A stretch of DNA of 64,000 nucleotides from a virus (Duplodnaviria; Caudoviricetes): the IMG/VR virus record IMGVR_UViG_3300021387_000087; one strand, 5' to 3'. Below the pieces are notes generated by a model. That model searched no databases. It was not told where the DNA came from and saw only the letters and a program-made list of their open reading frames with translations. Shown here piece by piece: positions 40,382 to 50,051 of this stretch (positions within the stretch are counted from its first letter, which is position 1; each line of letters opens with the position of its first letter). The position numbers and the translations under genes were made by a program.

Positions 40382-41983
40382 TTATCCATTTGACCTGTCT
40401 CTTTTCTCCCTAGTTGCTTCTCCATCGTCCGTAAGTGACCCATCATCAGACTCTGGTCTACCAACCTCACCATCACTATTACCAGAAGACGTATGACTAG
40501 ATGCAAGAGGACTATTAAACTTATCAGACAGACCAAGAATATTTTCTTCAAGATAATTAGTAGCCAACGACTCGTATTCACTAATACCACTTAATGTATT
40601 AAGTGCAAGTTTTACAGGAAGACCATAAGTGCCATTTTCTAGCAACTCTTTCCTAAAGTCCTCTTTTGTATAAGCACTAATAGGGAAGAACACTACTTTA
40701 CAAGGTGCGCTCAGATTATAAGTTGCATATCTATTAACCCATCCTTGAGTCTGTCCAAGTAAAGAACTGATTGCCAATTCTGTATCAACCTTCATTGCCA
40801 GTTTCAGACCAGTTGTACCTGTAATAGATATACTATTCAATACCTGTCCACCCATACCAGAATTAAGTACATTTTCTGTAGCTTTAGTCACCTTATTACT
40901 ATTAGTAGTAGCATCATTGTCACTAAAACCAATGGTATTTAATTTTCCGGGCACGATAACGGCAGAAGTGTAATCTGGCAATGCTTCTTCACACATTCTA
41001 TTAAAATATTGGATAATTATTTCGGGATCTACCTTCCAATCATCAATATTTTTACTTCCTGCTATTGTTTCCATTTCTATCCAAATTAATTTATAAATGT
41101 CTTGTTCATCTGCAATGGCTTGAAAATCTTTAACATCCTCTAAATTAATTAACTCAGCAAATAAGCCAGAATAATATGGAACAATCACTTTCCAATCTTC
41201 TATATTTAATTTTAAACAAACAGTATATTCTTCTGGAAATACTTGCCATTTAAAATCATCACCGCCAGATTGATATTGGCGATACATTGATTCAAAAGGT
41301 TCTCCCCAATATTCCAGTAGATAGTTATACGTGCCTGTAAAATATGACATATCCATGGCAAATGCAAAATCACCAGTAGGAAATCTACCCGCAATCTTAC
41401 AATAGTCTGGATCAAGCGGAAGAATAAATAATCCATTATCATCGTCATAATAAGCACAACCATAAAATACATCTTGAAGAAAACAAATAAGATATATCAT
41501 CAAGAATTTTTGCTGAAGGTCAAGACTGTCAATAAACTTAGCTGTTTCAGCATATTCTTTTAATATTTTCTTGTCATTTTGTGTATTAGCAGTTACATCA
41601 TAATTAGGAATAATACGCCTTGCATCTAATTCAAACATAGTCGCATTATAATTGATAAGTTTCTTGTACATTTGTGATCGATAATAAAGATACCAAGAAA
41701 GATTCCTTAAATTCTTTTCATTATTACCAATATTTTTTAAATAAGAAAGAAGTTTGCCTTTATCAAAAGTAGGAATGGCTTTTCTTGTGTTTTTTGTCAC
41801 ATCTGTAATTTGCTTGAATGAATTTTGAGCTGCTTCAAAATTCTTTAATTTATTGTAATTATCATTATAAAAAGACTGTAATTCAGAAACCGTCTTTTCA
41901 CCATGTTGAGTATTTATTAACTCTCGTGCCGGAGTTGCATTCGACACATTGCGATTTTTTCTTCTTTTACGTGCCATAAGCAC
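40382..41983 (-). CDS. Portal protein
   Basis: 533 aa directly after the terminase; LPLDPDYCKI and PLASSHTSSG...GRP tail; SPbeta-like gene order. Confidence 0.75.
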   Translation of the reverse strand: MLMARKRRKNRNVSNATPARELINTQHGEKTVSELQSFYNDNYNKLKNFEAAQNSFKQITDVTKNTRKAIPTFDKGKLLSYLKNIGNNEKNLRNLSWYLYYRSQMYKKLINYNATMFELDARRIIPNYDVTANTQNDKKILKEYAETAKFIDSLDLQQKFLMIYLICFLQDVFYGCAYYDDDNGLFILPLDPDYCKIAGRFPTGDFAFAMDMSYFTGTYNYLLEYWGEPFESMYRQYQSGGDDFKWQVFPEEYTVCLKLNIEDWKVIVPYYSGLFAELINLEDVKDFQAIADEQDIYKLIWIEMETIAGSKNIDDWKVDPEIIIQYFNRMCEEALPDYTSAVIVPGKLNTIGFSDNDATTNSNKVTKATENVLNSGMGGQVLNSISITGTTGLKLAMKVDTELAISSLLGQTQGWVNRYATYNLSAPCKVVFFPISAYTKEDFRKELLENGTYGLPVKLALNTLSGISEYESLATNYLEENILGLSDKFNSPLASSHTSSGNSDGEVGRPESDDGSLTDDGEATREKRDRSNG

Positions 41984-41988
41984 CCTCC

Positions 41989-42549
41989 TTAAATTATTCT
42001 ATTATTTCTTGTGCGTCCTCTTCTAATAGGAAGACTATATACAAGTTGTTCTACATCTGACATAGTAGGTTTTAATTGTAATTCTAATTGTTTCATACAC
42101 CAGTAATTATATGAAAGAGAAGAGTAACGGTCTTTTCTGTTACCTTTTGTCTCAAACACTTTCAACTTACCATCTTTATAATAGCCTTTTAATTTTACCA
42201 ATTCAAAAATAGCGGCAGACGTTTCTGCATATGATTTAAGCAATTCGCCTTTTTCATATACAGTTAATTTCTTATACCCCTTGAATTCTTTAGAAAGATA
42301 TATTTCCGCATCATTCTCAGATACTAAGAAATCAACATTACCATTTTGAATTGCGTTACGAAGTAAAAGACAATATATACTGTTAGAATCAGCTGATGCT
42401 TTTACAGAATAAACAACTTTTTTAGCGTCACGAACTTTACAACGCTGTGCCATTTCATCATTATTACAGCAAGTTAATGCTTTATAAGTGTTCCCTGTTT
42501 CAGGATCATATTGGTCTTTTATAATATAGTCGTACACTCCTAGACCTAC
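41989..42549 (-). CDS. terL: Terminase large subunit, exon 2 (C-terminal nuclease part)
   Basis: VGLGVYD...RKDRYSSLSY; joins exon 1 in frame to give IDTNG|VGLGVYD. Confidence 0.85.
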   Translation of the reverse strand, partial: VGLGVYDYIIKDQYDPETGNTYKALTCCNNDEMAQRCKVRDAKKVVYSVKASADSNSIYCLLLRNAIQNGNVDFLVSENDAEIYLSKEFKGYKKLTVYEKGELLKSYAETSAAIFELVKLKGYYKDGKLKVFETKGNRKDRYSSLSYNYWCMKQLELQLKPTMSDVEQLVYSLPIRRGRTRNNRII

Positions 42550-43773
42550 CATTTTGTTAACTTATAGGTTTTTTATCCTATAATTCTATTAGTTTTTATT
42601 CCTAATAGTTCAGCATATTTTTTTATCTATTTTTTTAATCTTTTCTAAAAACTCATAATACTGTTTTTTGACGGTGTGTCTTTTTCCATACATTGAATGA
42701 AATTTTTTATGACATTCTTTGCATAATGTCACTCCATTATTCACATCATATCTTTCATCTATATAATCTTTAAAATTATTTAAATGATGTGCTTCTAAAA
42801 TAACAGTACCATGACGCCCTTTATAATTTTTCGCCCCACAACATTGGCAAGTAAAATGATCACGAATAAAAACATCACGTCTAAATTCTCGATACTTAGG
42901 ATCATAACGTTCTATACGTTCTGTTTTTCGTGCATCCCCTTTCCAATTAGAGCCTAGTTCCCCTTTATGAGTAGCCGAGTAAAGAATTCCGTAATTTGGA
43001 ACCCCATATTTTTCTAAACAAGTTTTTGTCGCTTTTGCACGAACTTCCTCATTTTGTATAGAATAAGGAACCCCATATTTTTCAAGATTTGTTTTTCTGA
43101 TTTTTTCTTGTATTTCTTTATTCGCAAAAGGATTTTCAGAACCATATTTCTCTAAATTGGTTTGTTTAATTTTGTTTTTTACAGATGGTATCTGCCAACT
43201 ACTAGTCACACCATATTTATTAAATAAAGCATCTTGCGATTTTTGTGTAATACATTCAAGATTATTACAACAGTCTAATTTTATAATCCCCTCTTCATTA
43301 CATTTACGCCAAGTGCAAAATTTAGTAAAATATTCACGACCGCAATAATCGCATTTTAATTTAATTAATACTTGACTATATGGTGACAAATCATGCACTT
43401 TCACATCAAATTCGTCACCCATATTAGTATAGCAATAGCCTTTCTGTTGATACTGTTTTATGTTTCTTGGATTCCATTTCATTTTTACGGTTTCACTCAA
43501 TAACATTTTTCTTACCTCTCTTTCTTTGTAAAATTGAGGTAAGATAAATATTAAATTTGTAATTCTTTTTACTAACTCACAAGTTAACCTCTTAAAAAAT
43601 AGATAGAGCGGTCTCGTGGAGAGGTTATATTCTATTATAAATAGTTTCACTCTCTATGCGTTGCCCCTGACTATATTTTTACATATAGCCTTCGGTTCGA
43701 GTTGGCATTACAGCTTTCTCGCTTAATTCCGCTCTTTACATTTTATTATCACTAATAAAAGCGGCATAAGTTT
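42550..43773 (-). mobile_element. Group I intron (1224 nt) in terL carrying an HNH homing endonuclease
   Basis: Exon 1 ends in U (AACGGU), intron ends in G (AAAAUG). P1 CGGUA/UGCCG with U-G at the splice site; P10 ACUUAU/GUAGGU; P3 AGAGCGG/CCGCUCU; P7 GCAUA/UAUGC; P8 UAUCUAUUUUU/AAAAAUAGAUA enclosing the ORF; two P9-type hairpins before the terminal G. Confidence 0.9.
42610..43506 (-). CDS. Intron-encoded HNH homing endonuclease
   Basis: Start MLLSETV at 43506 after GAGAGGT; CDYCG zinc site, TNLEKYG repeats, RDHFTCQCCG...LEAHH...NNGVTLCKECHKKFH. Confidence 0.88.
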   Translation of the reverse strand: MLLSETVKMKWNPRNIKQYQQKGYCYTNMGDEFDVKVHDLSPYSQVLIKLKCDYCGREYFTKFCTWRKCNEEGIIKLDCCNNLECITQKSQDALFNKYGVTSSWQIPSVKNKIKQTNLEKYGSENPFANKEIQEKIRKTNLEKYGVPYSIQNEEVRAKATKTCLEKYGVPNYGILYSATHKGELGSNWKGDARKTERIERYDPKYREFRRDVFIRDHFTCQCCGAKNYKGRHGTVILEAHHLNNFKDYIDERYDVNNGVTLCKECHKKFHSMYGKRHTVKKQYYEFLEKIKKIDKKIC

Positions 43774-44991
43774 ACCGTTGGTATCAATTACCATATATGT
43801 ACAATTATATTGATAAAAATATCTCATTACTATCAGACCCAATTCGTCTGCGGTTAATCCTTCAAATGTTTGCCCAAAAACAAAATGAGCCTTATATTTT
43901 GTGTCTGTCGTTCTTATAGCATTATTAATATATATAGCAGAAGCGTCATTACGCTTCTTTTTCGTAGAAGCCATTAATGCTATATCAACTGATAAAATTC
44001 GTTCACCATTTTTAGGCGGTGGTGGCACAGGATTGTCTTTAGAATAAAACTTTAGAGGTAATAATCCTTTTTTATTTACTCTTAACCGTGTAGCTTCATC
44101 AAAACTAAACACACCCCCCTCATTGTCGCCATACCAAAAACAGTCATCTTCCATATGAAAAGCAACTTCATCAAAATCATCTTCTGACATACGGTCTTCA
44201 ACTTCGTCTCTCATCAGCAAACCTTCAAGAATAGATATTTGATATGGAAGACCACAAACAAAATATTTTCTTTTAGGATTAATAAAGTTTTTGAAATATG
44301 CCAAAAATTTATCATATCCCCAACTTGACTTTAGCCAAGCAGAAGACATATATATTTCTTTATTACGCTCTTGAAGATGAGAATATTCTGGTTTACTAAG
44401 GTAACCCGGTGATCGAGGGGCTTTTAAAAATTCACGAATAACACTATCAATAATACGTTTATCTGTTTTAACATATTCATCCACTATAATAATATTACAG
44501 TGAGCAGAACGAGCGTTATCAGTACTAGTAGTTATTTTAATCCAACTATCATTCTTAAAATATACAGAGCCATCATTTTGTCCAATACTTATTTTAGCTA
44601 TTTCATTTCTTAAAAAACTGCTTTGAGGACAAAACTCATCTCTAATTTTCAATAGCGATTCAGCAGCTTGTTTTAATACAGGAGCAGTTATTATAACTTT
44701 AGAACCGGGATATAAAATACAATATATTACTGCCACGAGTGCAACTAACATTGTTTTTCCCTGACCTCTTGCGGCTAAATAAAGTACATAATTATTGTGC
44801 ATCATTGCCCATAATAATAATTCTTGAAACCATCGCAGACGAATGGTTTTAAATTGTAATACATCCTTTACAAATCTTTGAGGATTTGCTCTATAATAAC
44901 CAGCACGCCAAGCGATGGTATTCATTAATTTTTTATGCTTTTCTTCTTTAACTTCATCTATGCTTCTGGTTTCTTCTATGAATTCAGCCAT
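43774..44991 (-). CDS. terL: Terminase large subunit, exon 1 (ATPase and start of nuclease)
   Basis: Walker A AARGQGKT, Walker B IIIVDEY, YMSSAW, ILSVDIA, MVIDTNG. Confidence 0.9.
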
Positions 44992-46088
44992 TATTCATCA
45001 TCCGATGCAAATTCTTCGTTCATTTTATTTCCGAAGATTTCATCAAAAATAGCTTCCGTATCGTCATCCTCACTATACTCAGGACGCTTTACAGTTAGCT
45101 TACCGATAAAGTTTTCATAAATAGAAGAAAAAGCATTTTTAATATTAAGCATCTTAACAAGATGACCTTTGAAGAACACATCTATTAACAAACCAATTTT
45201 ATCAATATCAGCCCACTCACCCTCAGGTTCAGGAATTGGTTTTTCCATTTCCCAAGCTTTAATCAATTCGCCAAAACTTTTCTGATCAGTCATTGCATCT
45301 GTAGAGTTTTGAGTAGGTTTAATACCTAAACTTGTCATAATATCTTGACAAGATTTAATAGCATCTTTAGGGTCTGACCCCTCTTTAGCTAATTGTCTTG
45401 CCCTCATATCCTGTATACATAATTGCTCAAACAACACCTCTTGCGCTTTTGCTTCAGCAGGATATCGAGATACCCAATCTTCGTAAGCGCTTTCCAACTG
45501 ATATAATTCTTCAGACGAGTAAGCGCCAAACCTTTTACGTCCACGTTTAATTATTTCTTGGTCTTCATCTATAATTTCAATTTTATCTGGCCTTGACACA
45601 GAATACTTTTCACCATATTCTGAATTTTCCCATGTCTTACCTTTATAAGCTGGAAGACTATTAATCTGAGACATATACCTTTGAAATGGCATCATCTTAG
45701 ATTTACCAGATTCGTTCGATTCTTCATTATTGTATGAATTAACACAACTGATATATAAACTTTCAATAAAAGGTTTATCCATTTTTCGCAAAACTCTTTG
45801 TACAGATATTTTTGTTTCTTTAGGAGGATCTGTGGGTTTTTCTATATTTTCAGCTTCTCTAAAAACACATTCTTTACATATAGGATAATATCCATGTATT
45901 GTATTTCCATCTGCGTAGAAGTTTTCTTTCTTAGCTGTTTTTAATCGTCCACAAGAAGGACATACCAAATCATCACATTTTGTGATTCTTGTATAGCGTT
46001 CTGCAAGAGCATTATATTCGTTTCGCAAATCGCCTATTCTCATTTTTTTTACAGTATCTTGGCTCTTAACCTCACGAAGATAAGCCAT
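44991..46088 (-). CDS. Probable terminase small subunit / Zn-binding packaging protein
   Basis: CPSCG...CKEC zinc motif; immediately upstream of and coupled to terL; start MAYLREV after GAAGGTG. Confidence 0.5.
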   Translation of the reverse strand: MAYLREVKSQDTVKKMRIGDLRNEYNALAERYTRITKCDDLVCPSCGRLKTAKKENFYADGNTIHGYYPICKECVFREAENIEKPTDPPKETKISVQRVLRKMDKPFIESLYISCVNSYNNEESNESGKSKMMPFQRYMSQINSLPAYKGKTWENSEYGEKYSVSRPDKIEIIDEDQEIIKRGRKRFGAYSSEELYQLESAYEDWVSRYPAEAKAQEVLFEQLCIQDMRARQLAKEGSDPKDAIKSCQDIMTSLGIKPTQNSTDAMTDQKSFGELIKAWEMEKPIPEPEGEWADIDKIGLLIDVFFKGHLVKMLNIKNAFSSIYENFIGKLTVKRPEYSEDDDTEAIFDEIFGNKMNEEFASDDE

Positions 46089-46144
46089 GCAATCACCTTC
46101 CTTTTTTATCACTTTAATCCGTCAAAAGTTAGTTACATAAGAAA

Positions 46145-46220
46145 TAGCAGAGACAAGATTTGAACTTGTGACCTCCAGCTTATGGGGCTGGCGAGATAGA
46201 CCGAACTTCTCCACTCTGCG
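46145..46220 (-). tRNA. tRNA with CAT anticodon (Met, initiator-like, atypical)
   Basis: CGCAGAG TG GAGA AGTTCGGTCTA TCTC G CCAGC CCCATAA GCTGG AGGTC ACAAG TTCAAAT CTTGT CTCTGCT A folds into a full cloverleaf; no encoded CCA. Confidence 0.8.
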
Positions 46221-46225
46221 ATATA

Positions 46226-46258
46226 ATAAAGAAGAGACACGCTTACACGTATCTCTTC
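46226..46258 (-). terminator. Terminator-like hairpin just upstream of the tRNA
   Basis: Minus strand GAAGAGATACG-tgtaag-CGTGTCTCTTC then TTTAT. Confidence 0.55.
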
Positions 46259-46262
46259 CTAT

Positions 46263-47486
46263 TTATAATATAATTTTATATGATTCATTATGACCATAAA
46301 TATGATGAAAACCAAAAATCTTAACTGCTGGTTTATTGCCTTTAAAAATACTATCCGCATAAGGATCACACCCTACAAAACTTGGACATACCAAAATCTC
46401 AGTATCATGGCAGCATCCTTCAGAGCCACTGATTTCTTTACTGGTATGCGTATGCCCAATAATCAGATAATCAACCATCTCATCCTGTTTAGCAGACAAC
46501 ATACTCAAGGCATTTTCAAAACTCTTAATCTGATGTCCATGCATTGCAATTACGTTGAATCCAGTCACATCAATTTTAGTAAACCATTCACCTTCTTTAG
46601 GCGTATAAACTGTAATTCGCTCATTTGGTAAACATAAGTCTTCAATATAATGTCCAATAATATACTCTACATCTTCATCCATTAACTCATTAGGTTTTGT
46701 ACCAAGCACTCTAAGCTGAGAATGATTTGATGAGCCTACATGATAGTATTTAATATAAGTATGTTTAGACAATTCTGTTAAGAATGCGGCTACAGTTTTA
46801 GATACTTCAACAACAGCAGCCACCATAGAGGAATCATTAATCTTTAAATCATTGGCATGAATGAGACCTTGAACAAAATCACCCAAACCAAGTACTGTTA
46901 GTTCTTTAACCTTATGAGAGCGAATAAAGTTCACGATATCCACAACCAACAGATCAAATCTATCTTTCATAATATCCAATGAATATTCATTAGTTAAAGA
47001 TGTAAACTTTGCACCTGCATGAATATCTGCAAGACACAAAACATATGTCTCTTCACTGTCATCACTTACTTGAATAGCATTAAACTCAGGCACAGGAATA
47101 GTCTGAGCCAAGCTATGAACTTGTTCAAAGAACAATTCCCTACGAGCCTGTTCTCTATCAATCCTGTTGCGTTCAATGTTTAATGTCTGTATTTTAATTC
47201 TTTCACGTCTCAATTCTTCAAGTTGTTTCCGAATATTAGGATCGTATTCTGCATCTGAAACCATAGCACTAAACACATTGTCATAATATCTTTTAGCGGT
47301 AGAAATTTGACGTCTATAAGTATCACTGTTTTTCCATTGGCTTTCATCTGTATATAACTGGGCATTTACTATATCAGCCACGTCTTTCCATGAATCAATC
47401 AGCCCGTCACCAATATAATGCCCGATTCTCCAAATATATTGTTCTTCTGATTCAGTGGGTAATTTATTTAATAATTGTTTATCCAT
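46263..47486 (-). CDS. Calcineurin-like metallophosphoesterase
   Basis: Motifs ADIHAG, LGDFVQG, SNH, HGH and GHTH in the canonical order. Confidence 0.8.
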   Translation of the reverse strand: MDKQLLNKLPTESEEQYIWRIGHYIGDGLIDSWKDVADIVNAQLYTDESQWKNSDTYRRQISTAKRYYDNVFSAMVSDAEYDPNIRKQLEELRRERIKIQTLNIERNRIDREQARRELFFEQVHSLAQTIPVPEFNAIQVSDDSEETYVLCLADIHAGAKFTSLTNEYSLDIMKDRFDLLVVDIVNFIRSHKVKELTVLGLGDFVQGLIHANDLKINDSSMVAAVVEVSKTVAAFLTELSKHTYIKYYHVGSSNHSQLRVLGTKPNELMDEDVEYIIGHYIEDLCLPNERITVYTPKEGEWFTKIDVTGFNVIAMHGHQIKSFENALSMLSAKQDEMVDYLIIGHTHTSKEISGSEGCCHDTEILVCPSFVGCDPYADSIFKGNKPAVKIFGFHHIYGHNESYKIIL

Positions 47487-47495
47487 ATATTATCC

Positions 47496-48137
47496 TCATT
47501 CAAAAATATAAGTTAATTCAACATCCTGCCCAATAATCTTATCTACAACACCCAAGTCCTTACCCTTATCAGCAAAGAAGTAATATTCCTTGTCAAAAGT
47601 CTTATCATAGAACTCTGGATCAATCTTGGTTACAGACAAAATCATTTTCTTGATTCTTTCCTCGGTATAGTCATTAAAAGCAATGAAATCTTTAACCTTA
47701 GAATTAGAACCAGCAATATCAATGGTTCCGTCATGCTGAAGGAATGTTGTATTTTCAAATGCAATTCTGTCATGCCCGTTAATATAGATATAGTAAGCAG
47801 CCGATGCTACAAACCCCATACCTACTGTTCTAATAGGTGTCTTAGATTGTTTAATAATATCAATAAAAAACAATGTACTAAATAAGTCACCACCACAACT
47901 ATTAATAAGGATAGTAATAGGCTTCCTTAAATCAGGGGTGATATTCTTATCCTCTTCATTCCACTTCAAAATACGAATAGCATAGGATTCAATAATAGTA
48001 CTATCAATATCTTTATTAAAAATCAGAACCCTTTTACCCGTATAAAATTTCATTAATTCATCGTATACATCTGCACCCATTTCTTCAATATAAGAAAATT
48101 CATTTCCCACTTCAGGGAGTAATGCAAGTTCAGCCAT
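47496..48137 (-). CDS. ClpP-like protease subunit
   Basis: PITILINSCGGD, GFVASAA (Ser) and FLQHD (His). Confidence 0.8.
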   Translation of the reverse strand: MAELALLPEVGNEFSYIEEMGADVYDELMKFYTGKRVLIFNKDIDSTIIESYAIRILKWNEEDKNITPDLRKPITILINSCGGDLFSTLFFIDIIKQSKTPIRTVGMGFVASAAYYIYINGHDRIAFENTTFLQHDGTIDIAGSNSKVKDFIAFNDYTEERIKKMILSVTKIDPEFYDKTFDKEYYFFADKGKDLGVVDKIIGQDVELTYIFE

Positions 48138-48161
48138 ACACGTTTCCTCCTTTTAATTCCT

Positions 48162-48968
48162 TTAATCGAACAGATCAGCAAACATTTTAGAAGTTTCACT
48201 TCGCACGTCCTCGGTGAGATATACACACGCGAAAAGTGGATTTCCTTTAAGTTTTTCGCACATGCGTAATAAAGGATTAAACTCAGTACTATCTAATAAT
48301 GACTGTTTATAATCCCCCGAAAAATATATCTTACTATTTGTGCCCACTCTTGTTCCTACTAATTTAATTTGCTTTTCTGTCAAATCCTCTGCTTCGTCAC
48401 AAAGCATAACTGTTTCGTTATAAGTAGTGCCCTTCATATAATAAAGAACATTAGCACTAAGTATTTCTTGTCTAACAAGCTTTTCATATTCAATTTCACC
48501 ACCATCTAATTGTTGGATAAATGGTGTTAAAAACATTCCAATTTTATCTGACATATCACCGGGCAAATAACCAATTTCCTTACCCTCACCCCAAGCTTCT
48601 CGTACACAAAGTATTCTTGCTTGAGTTCCTTTTTCCTGAACACGATAAAGCCCCATTTTGGTTGATAAAAACGATTTTCCACTTCCATATGTGCCTAATA
48701 TAGCGACAGCAGTAATATCATCATTATTTAGTGCATCAAGCGCACACCGTTGTTCAGCGTTCTTACCTTTGATATATTTACTATTAGGAAGTTTAAGACC
48801 AACAAACTTATCACCTGTGAATCTCATTTCTGACTCTTGCCCAGTATCCGTATTTTTAATAATGGCATATTCATTAATACACCAATTTTTATAATTTTCA
48901 GGAGAAAGCATCGCATTTATATATTCAGTATCTCCTTCGATTCTTTTATAACCTTTGTAAAATTCCAA
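48162..48968 (-). CDS. phoH: PhoH-like ATPase
   Basis: NAEQRCALDAL, GTYGSGKS, IGYLPGD, DEAEDLT, GTRVG, SGDYKQ, VRSETS. Confidence 0.85.
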   Translation of the reverse strand: MEFYKGYKRIEGDTEYINAMLSPENYKNWCINEYAIIKNTDTGQESEMRFTGDKFVGLKLPNSKYIKGKNAEQRCALDALNNDDITAVAILGTYGSGKSFLSTKMGLYRVQEKGTQARILCVREAWGEGKEIGYLPGDMSDKIGMFLTPFIQQLDGGEIEYEKLVRQEILSANVLYYMKGTTYNETVMLCDEAEDLTEKQIKLVGTRVGTNSKIYFSGDYKQSLLDSTEFNPLLRMCEKLKGNPLFACVYLTEDVRSETSKMFADLFD

Positions 48969-48991
48969 AAGAATCCTCCTTTATAATTAAG

Positions 48992-49020
48992 AAAGGAGTC
49001 AGCATAAAACCGACTCCTTT
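48992..49020 (-). terminator. Terminator-like hairpin closing the six-gene cassette
   Basis: AAAGGAGTC(A/G)G...GACTCCTTT inverted repeat. Confidence 0.6.
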
Positions 49021-49029
49021 CAATAATAA

Positions 49030-49572
49030 TTACTGTTGTTCCAATTTATCTATACATTGCTGGAGCGCTCTACGCTCTTTCTCAGATGAAACATTGTCCA
49101 TCATATCTTCAAGCTTTCCAATCATGCGTTCTTTTTCAGAATCACGACTTACATAACGCCCAGTCCTTGCGCTACGTCCTCTGCGTTCAGAATATTCATT
49201 ATCCTGAGACGCATCATAGGCACCTGCATAAGCACCATCATAAGCGTGATTATATGTATTATTCATTTGATCCATTGACATTCTATAAGAATTCCCCTGA
49301 TGGCTCATATCATTGTTATGATACATAAACCAAGGATAATGATTAGAATTACCACCCATGTTATTATAAGAACCACCTCTGTGACTCATTTCATATTCTT
49401 CGCTACCACCAGACTCTTTCATAGCCTTTTCTGTCTCCATGTCAAGCATAATAGCAGACGCTTTATACAGACTATCAAGTTCCTGAGGAGTAATATCACC
49501 TTTCTTCAGAATCTTACAAATCTGATCATCAAGGAGTTCTTTGAGTTGATCATAATGTTTAGAAAGTCCCAT
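49030..49572 (-). CDS. Hypothetical protein with a low-complexity Y/N/M/G-rich centre
   Basis: Start MGLSKHY after GAAAGGAGG; YDGAYAGAYDA repeat; RRGRSARTGRYVSR motif. Confidence 0.7.
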   Translation of the reverse strand: MGLSKHYDQLKELLDDQICKILKKGDITPQELDSLYKASAIMLDMETEKAMKESGGSEEYEMSHRGGSYNNMGGNSNHYPWFMYHNNDMSHQGNSYRMSMDQMNNTYNHAYDGAYAGAYDASQDNEYSERRGRSARTGRYVSRDSEKERMIGKLEDMMDNVSSEKERRALQQCIDKLEQQ

Positions 49573-49588
49573 ACTCTTATCCCTCCTT

Positions 49589-50038
49589 TCAAGCCGTCCT
49601 AACAATAGTCATATTAGCATTTTGTAACGTAATTACAGGAGCCGGGGTAACAATTGTATCAGTTGAAGCGGGTACCGCCCTTAAAGCTACCGTGTAGCAA
49701 CAACCGCGAGGAACTGTAATAATAGCCGTACTTGTTACATTCCCGAATTGTTCAACAGCCGCAGGAGTATAAATAGCTTTACTGGTAGAACGTGCTTCTC
49801 CATTTACAGATAAAGAGACCGCAATTGGAGTTACAGTTGCACCCTCAGGAAGGGCGATATTACCATTAAAAACTACTTGATATCTAGCAAAGCAATTAGG
49901 TGTGTTACCGCGCAGGATAAAAATCCCAGTTCCGTCCTCGTGTATTACATTTCCACGATTACAAGGGATAGACGAGTCAAAAATTGCAGCCTGATTCAAT
50001 AACACAGACTGTGCATTATCGTAGAGATATTCTGCCAT
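49589..50038 (-). CDS. All-beta protein, possibly BclA-C/C1q-like jelly roll
   Basis: GIFILRG..ARYQVVFNGNI...ANMTIVR strand pattern; GGAGGTG RBS; the fold is inferred. Confidence 0.5.
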   Translation of the reverse strand: MAEYLYDNAQSVLLNQAAIFDSSIPCNRGNVIHEDGTGIFILRGNTPNCFARYQVVFNGNIALPEGATVTPIAVSLSVNGEARSTSKAIYTPAAVEQFGNVTSTAIITVPRGCCYTVALRAVPASTDTIVTPAPVITLQNANMTIVRTA

Positions 50039-50051
50039 AATCACACCTCCA

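Noticed and set aside
43507-43650. N-terminal 48 aa of the 346-aa HNH ORF
   Set aside because: This stretch is intron core RNA (P7-P3-P8 region); the SD-supported start is 43506
43723-43773. C-terminal KLMPLLLVIIKCKERN of the 422-aa terminase ORF, and the Met start at 42552
   Set aside because: Read-through into the intron, and the intron's terminal AUG; neither is part of the spliced protein
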